A program made the position numbers and the translations under genes. This document shows positions 61,024-64,000 of a DNA stretch of 64,000 nucleotides, in pieces. Source of the DNA: an uncultured bacterium (GTDB lineage: Bacteria > Verrucomicrobiota > Verrucomicrobiia > Limisphaerales > UBA8199). The notes below the pieces were generated by a model. That model was not told the origin of the DNA, did no database searches, and was given only the letters and a program-made list of their open reading frames with translations. The stretch covers positions 352,001-416,000 of the forward strand of contig CAVVMW010000021.1 in the NCBI GenBank assembly GCA_963749495.1, in the 5' to 3' direction. How positions within the stretch are numbered: the stretch's first letter is position 1; the number at the start of each line of letters is the position of its first letter.

Positions 61024-61349
61024 CTTGGCTCCAGCAGTGGCACGCGGGCCGGTGCTTCGGGTCATACGTTGACCCGGTGCTGCTGCTGGGGCTGCGCCGT
61101 TTCTGTTGCGAACGTGGTATGGCGTTCGAGAGCTCCGCAACCACCGGCAAATGGGATGGTTCCAAAGCTGAGCGCCGGGCAGGCGCAAATATCGGTGAAT
61201 CCCTGAACGTCCCCTGCCCAGCCTGAGGTCCCCCGTGGACAGCGTGTCCGACTAGGGCGAACAAGCGGCGCTTTCAGCATGTTTCCCGCGTCCCCACACG
61301 CTACGCGGCGCGGAGCGCACCCCAAGAGCAGTTTTGGCTTGCAACAAAC

Positions 61350-61547
61350 TTAGTGCGTTGGCTCCGAGGCGCGCTCCAGTGAATCAGGTGGGAAAGCGTC
61401 GGATTTTTTTTCGCCTTGGGGGTTGAACCAGGTGCAGGTAACATGCCATTCGCCGGTAACGTCGCCTTGCCAATTGGGTTTGGTGACGGTCATTACGGGT
61501 CCACCGGATTTGAGTATTACTCTGTCGCCGACTTTCCATGTATTCAT
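61350..61547 (-). CDS. YodC/DUF2158 family protein
   Basis: KVGDRVILKSGGPVMTV...VTCTWF...F..DSL. Confidence 0.85.
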   Translation of the reverse strand: MNTWKVGDRVILKSGGPVMTVTKPNWQGDVTGEWHVTCTWFNPQGEKKSDAFPPDSLERASEPTH

Positions 61548-61584
61548 GTTTAGTGGATAGCCCTTTTTGAAGCGCCGGGCAATA

Positions 61585-61959
61585 CTATTCCGGCTCCATG
61601 TGCCGAAGTCTTAACTTGCCGGCCTCCATCAATTCAGCAACCAGCTTATGGCCGGCCTGTGCTTCCTCGCGCGTCCTGTAGGACTTGAAGTAAAGATCCC
61701 TGTTAAAGTCGTGAGCCCTAACCGACCCAGAGCGGTCGCAACGGAAAACTTGCGTGAAGAACCCTTCCTCACCACAAGCAATTTCCCCAAATGCTTTTCC
61801 AGTCTTGAGACTCTCCGTCAATCGTGCCAAATCGGATCGACCATCGGAATATATGGTTGAGACGAGGTAAAACCGGCACGGCACCCACGCAGCAACGATG
61901 GCCTGGCCGATAATGGGCGGCTTGGGATCCGGATTGTGGAGAATCCATCGCGCTTTCAT
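61585..61959 (-). CDS. Hypothetical protein
   Basis: 124-aa ATG ORF in a lower-GC segment, co-oriented with neighbours. Confidence 0.55.
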   Translation of the reverse strand: MKARWILHNPDPKPPIIGQAIVAAWVPCRFYLVSTIYSDGRSDLARLTESLKTGKAFGEIACGEEGFFTQVFRCDRSGSVRAHDFNRDLYFKSYRTREEAQAGHKLVAELMEAGKLRLRHMEPE

Positions 61960-62053
61960 GGCGCTCCATTACGCCGAAAACCGATGAAATCGCAAGCCTA
62001 AATGCTCGGCCGGCAAAGGCGGCCGATGTGACTTGCGCGCTGGGGGGCCTGAG

Positions 62054-62521
62054 TTAGTGTGAGGGGGGTTCTGGCCCGGTGTGGAATCCGATTTCCCTCG
62101 GGGGCTTGTTTTCTGCGGTTTTGGAAACCGTTATGAAAATGGACAGTTGCTCCACGGGGCAAAAGATTACGTTAAAGGTGTCCTCGAGTGCGGCGGTGAC
62201 GATGTAAAGGCATTCGGAGGAATAGGGCGAGAGCTTTGCTACGGGATAAAGGCTTCCGCCAATACAGCAGGTGAGTTCGACGGTCTGGTCTGCGCCGAGA
62301 TTGTTCTTCAGCAGCTTGTATTTGGAAGCGGCTTCGGCAACCAGGTTGCTAGCCTTGATGGTGCCTCCCTGCTTGATTGGGAATGCGAGGTGAGTGGATT
62401 CGGGGTCAAGTTTCTTCATAATCGCTGCGAGTCTATTATGGTCCGAGGCGCTTGGCAAGTCCGGTGCGCTGAGTTTTGCGATTGACAGCAAACGTTGTTC
62501 GGGGGCAATTCCCCAGGGCAA
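62054..62521 (-). CDS. Hypothetical protein (possibly DUF6173-like; start may be 62418)
   Basis: C-terminal QLSIFI...KPPREIGF; lower GC. Confidence 0.45.
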   Translation of the reverse strand: MPWGIAPEQRLLSIAKLSAPDLPSASDHNRLAAIMKKLDPESTHLAFPIKQGGTIKASNLVAEAASKYKLLKNNLGADQTVELTCCIGGSLYPVAKLSPYSSECLYIVTAALEDTFNVIFCPVEQLSIFITVSKTAENKPPREIGFHTGPEPPSH

Positions 62522-62538
62522 TCGTGGGGGCTAATTTT

Positions 62539-62566
62539 CGGCTTGCCAACAAACATTGTGCGAAAC
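62539..62566 (-). other. Degenerate dif-like site (GTTTCGCACAA-TGTTTG-TTGGCAAGCCG)
   Basis: 18-bp exact direct repeat AACAAACATTGTGCGAAA shared with 59178-59195. Confidence 0.55.
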
Positions 62567-62664
62567 GGCATCTTGATCGCGGAGAGGCACCGTCCCCGGA
62601 TGGTGACTGTTCAGGTGCAGGACACGTTTGACGTGAATGTTCATGCGGGGACGACGGCGAGCTT

Positions 62665-62870
62665 TGTCCCGGGGAGACATCCCGACAATAGCCCGGCGCT
62701 TCAGCGCCGGGGAAAGCGGTCTAATGTCCGGCCCGTCCCGGAGGGACGGCTGAATCGGCTGCCCTCTTGTAGCGCTGAGCCTCAGGCGTCCCTGTCGGGA
62801 CGCGGGGGTTTTAGGGCGTCGGACCCGGCGCTGAAGCGCCGGGCTATTCTCGGGTTGTCCCTCCGGGACG
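62665..62870. repeat. REPIN-like palindrome family F, copy 2
   Basis: Matches 57397-57586. Confidence 0.85.
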
Positions 62871-63041
62871 GCGGCTTGGCTGTGCCCGGGGCTGGTGTCC
62901 AAGCCCGCACTGGTCCAATACCTGAGCAATTACCCCGGATGAACAGACTGCCACCAGCGGAGCGCAAGCAGTTGCGGGATCGTGCCATGCGGCTTGCATT
63001 TGGCCCTGCCCTGCATGTTTACATCGAGCGCCATCGCCAGT

Positions 63042-63989
63042 ATGGTAATGGTGATGCGACTAATCCTGCCAGAATGGGGCCGGCCGGAGGGGCGACTGGT
63101 CATCGAGACCGGCCAACTCGCCGGTCGGGGCTTCCGAGTTGGACCCAAGGTCTGCGGCAACCCAACCTGTGAGTGCAGGCGAATTGTCCTCGAATGCTTT
63201 CCGGAAACCGGAGGGGGCGCCGGGGTGCCACCGGAACCGTCTCGCCTCGAGATGGACCTGGAACGACGTGTGATAGCGGAGCCGGAGATTTCCGAGAACA
63301 CGCCTGCGGCCACACTCGCGAAAGCGGTGATGGACGAAATCACCCAGGACCAATGGGGTTGCCTTTGGACCTTCTTCTTCGACCTCAAGGTCTATTATAC
63401 CGAGCACGCCAACCTCGATGAGTTGGACACGGATTTCCCGCCCAACGCAAGCGAGGGCAGCATGGTGGGCTATTATGAAATCCTGCCCTTTGCCCGGCCC
63501 ATCAGCTTTAGCGCCGCGGGTCAGGACTGGGCTTTCGATGACCAGTATTGCCTCCGGCCCGCCTGCTCGTGCCGGGCCGCGGCCTTACAGTGCTTCCGGA
63601 TCGCTCCGGCCCCGGAGGGGGCTGGCCCCGCAGGGCCGAACCTCTGCTTCCGCTATTATTATGATACTCGGCGCATCGAGATGGTGGAGACGCAGGGACC
63701 GGGCCTCAGGCCAGAGACCGTCCTCAAGGTCATGCGCAAGGCCCGACCGGATTTCGATGTCTTTCTCGCCAAACGCCACCGCCAACTCCGCCACCTCTAC
63801 CGGCTATTCTTGCAACGCCATCCCGCTGCTGGACGTGCACAGGTCGGAGACTCCGAATGGCATGAGGATTCAGTGGACGTGCCCGCCCCGGTTCCGGTCC
63901 GGGCAACGCGCAAGCCTGGCCGAAACGACCCGTGTCCCTGCGGCAGCGGCAAGAAATACAAGAAATGCTGCGGGGTAAGACCTCAGTGA
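63042..63989 (+). CDS. SEC-C motif domain protein (start uncertain)
   Basis: C-terminal [20 protein letters not shown]; two CxxPxCxC motifs ([16 protein letters not shown]). Confidence 0.8.
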   Translation: MVMVMRLILPEWGRPEGRLVIETGQLAGRGFRVGPKVCGNPTCECRRIVLECFPETGGGAGVPPEPSRLEMDLERRVIAEPEISENTPAATLAKAVMDEITQDQWGCLWTFFFDLKVYYTEHANLDELDTDFPPNASEGSMVGYYEILPFARPISFSAAGQDWAFDDQYCLRPACSCRAAALQCFRIAPAPEGAGPAGPNLCFRYYYDTRRIEMVETQGPGLRPETVLKVMRKARPDFDVFLAKRHRQLRHLYRLFLQRHPAAGRAQVGDSEWHEDSVDVPAPVPVRATRKPGRNDPCPCGSGKKYKKCCGVRPQ

Positions 63990-64000
63990 AGGCGGGCGCG

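Noticed and set aside
57600..62600. Integron cassette array
   Set aside because: No intI integrase, no recognisable attC (RYYYAAC...GTTRRRY) hairpins, and mixed gene orientation
1..64000. tRNA, rRNA, riboswitch or prophage
   Set aside because: No cloverleaf/T-loop signature, rRNA-like stretch or phage structural gene recognised by eye; tRNAscan-SE and an Rfam scan would be needed to exclude them

Overview
GC-rich (about 65-70% by eye) bacterial DNA. Gene content (DUF1501, PQQ-like propellers, DUF2723, RRM protein) suggests a PVC-superphylum organism, probably Verrucomicrobiota subdivision 3; this is inference. About a dozen single-base frameshifts in otherwise intact genes point to uncorrected long-read errors. 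Main contents: (1) a co-oriented minus-strand cluster of about 17 kb (7540-24812) encoding a HemN-like radical SAM enzyme, a chorismate lyase-like protein, a flavin-dependent halogenase-like enzyme, a thioesterase, a DMT-like membrane protein, a PaaK-like CoA ligase, two PQQ-like beta-propellers, DUF3311 plus a sodium:solute symporter, a GriC/EhpF-like and GriD-like carboxylate-reductase pair and an Fe-ADH, followed by an intradiol dioxygenase. This is a candidate uncharacterised aromatic-metabolite or cofactor pathway with no PKS/NRPS. (2) Glycan-active and housekeeping genes (GH29, GH38, recJ, ispD, apbE, rsmI, lepB, ECF sigma, TMEM260-like DUF2723) and a ClpP homologue lacking its catalytic triad. 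(3) A toxin-antitoxin and gene-fragment island at 57.7-62.6 kb containing a dif-like (XerC/D) site and degenerate direct-repeat copies of it. (4) A dense repeat landscape: about 10 heptamer tandem-repeat families, several REP/REPIN-like palindrome families and MITE-like elements, some read in-frame inside proteins, including RecJ. No rRNA, tRNA or CRISPR array was recognised.
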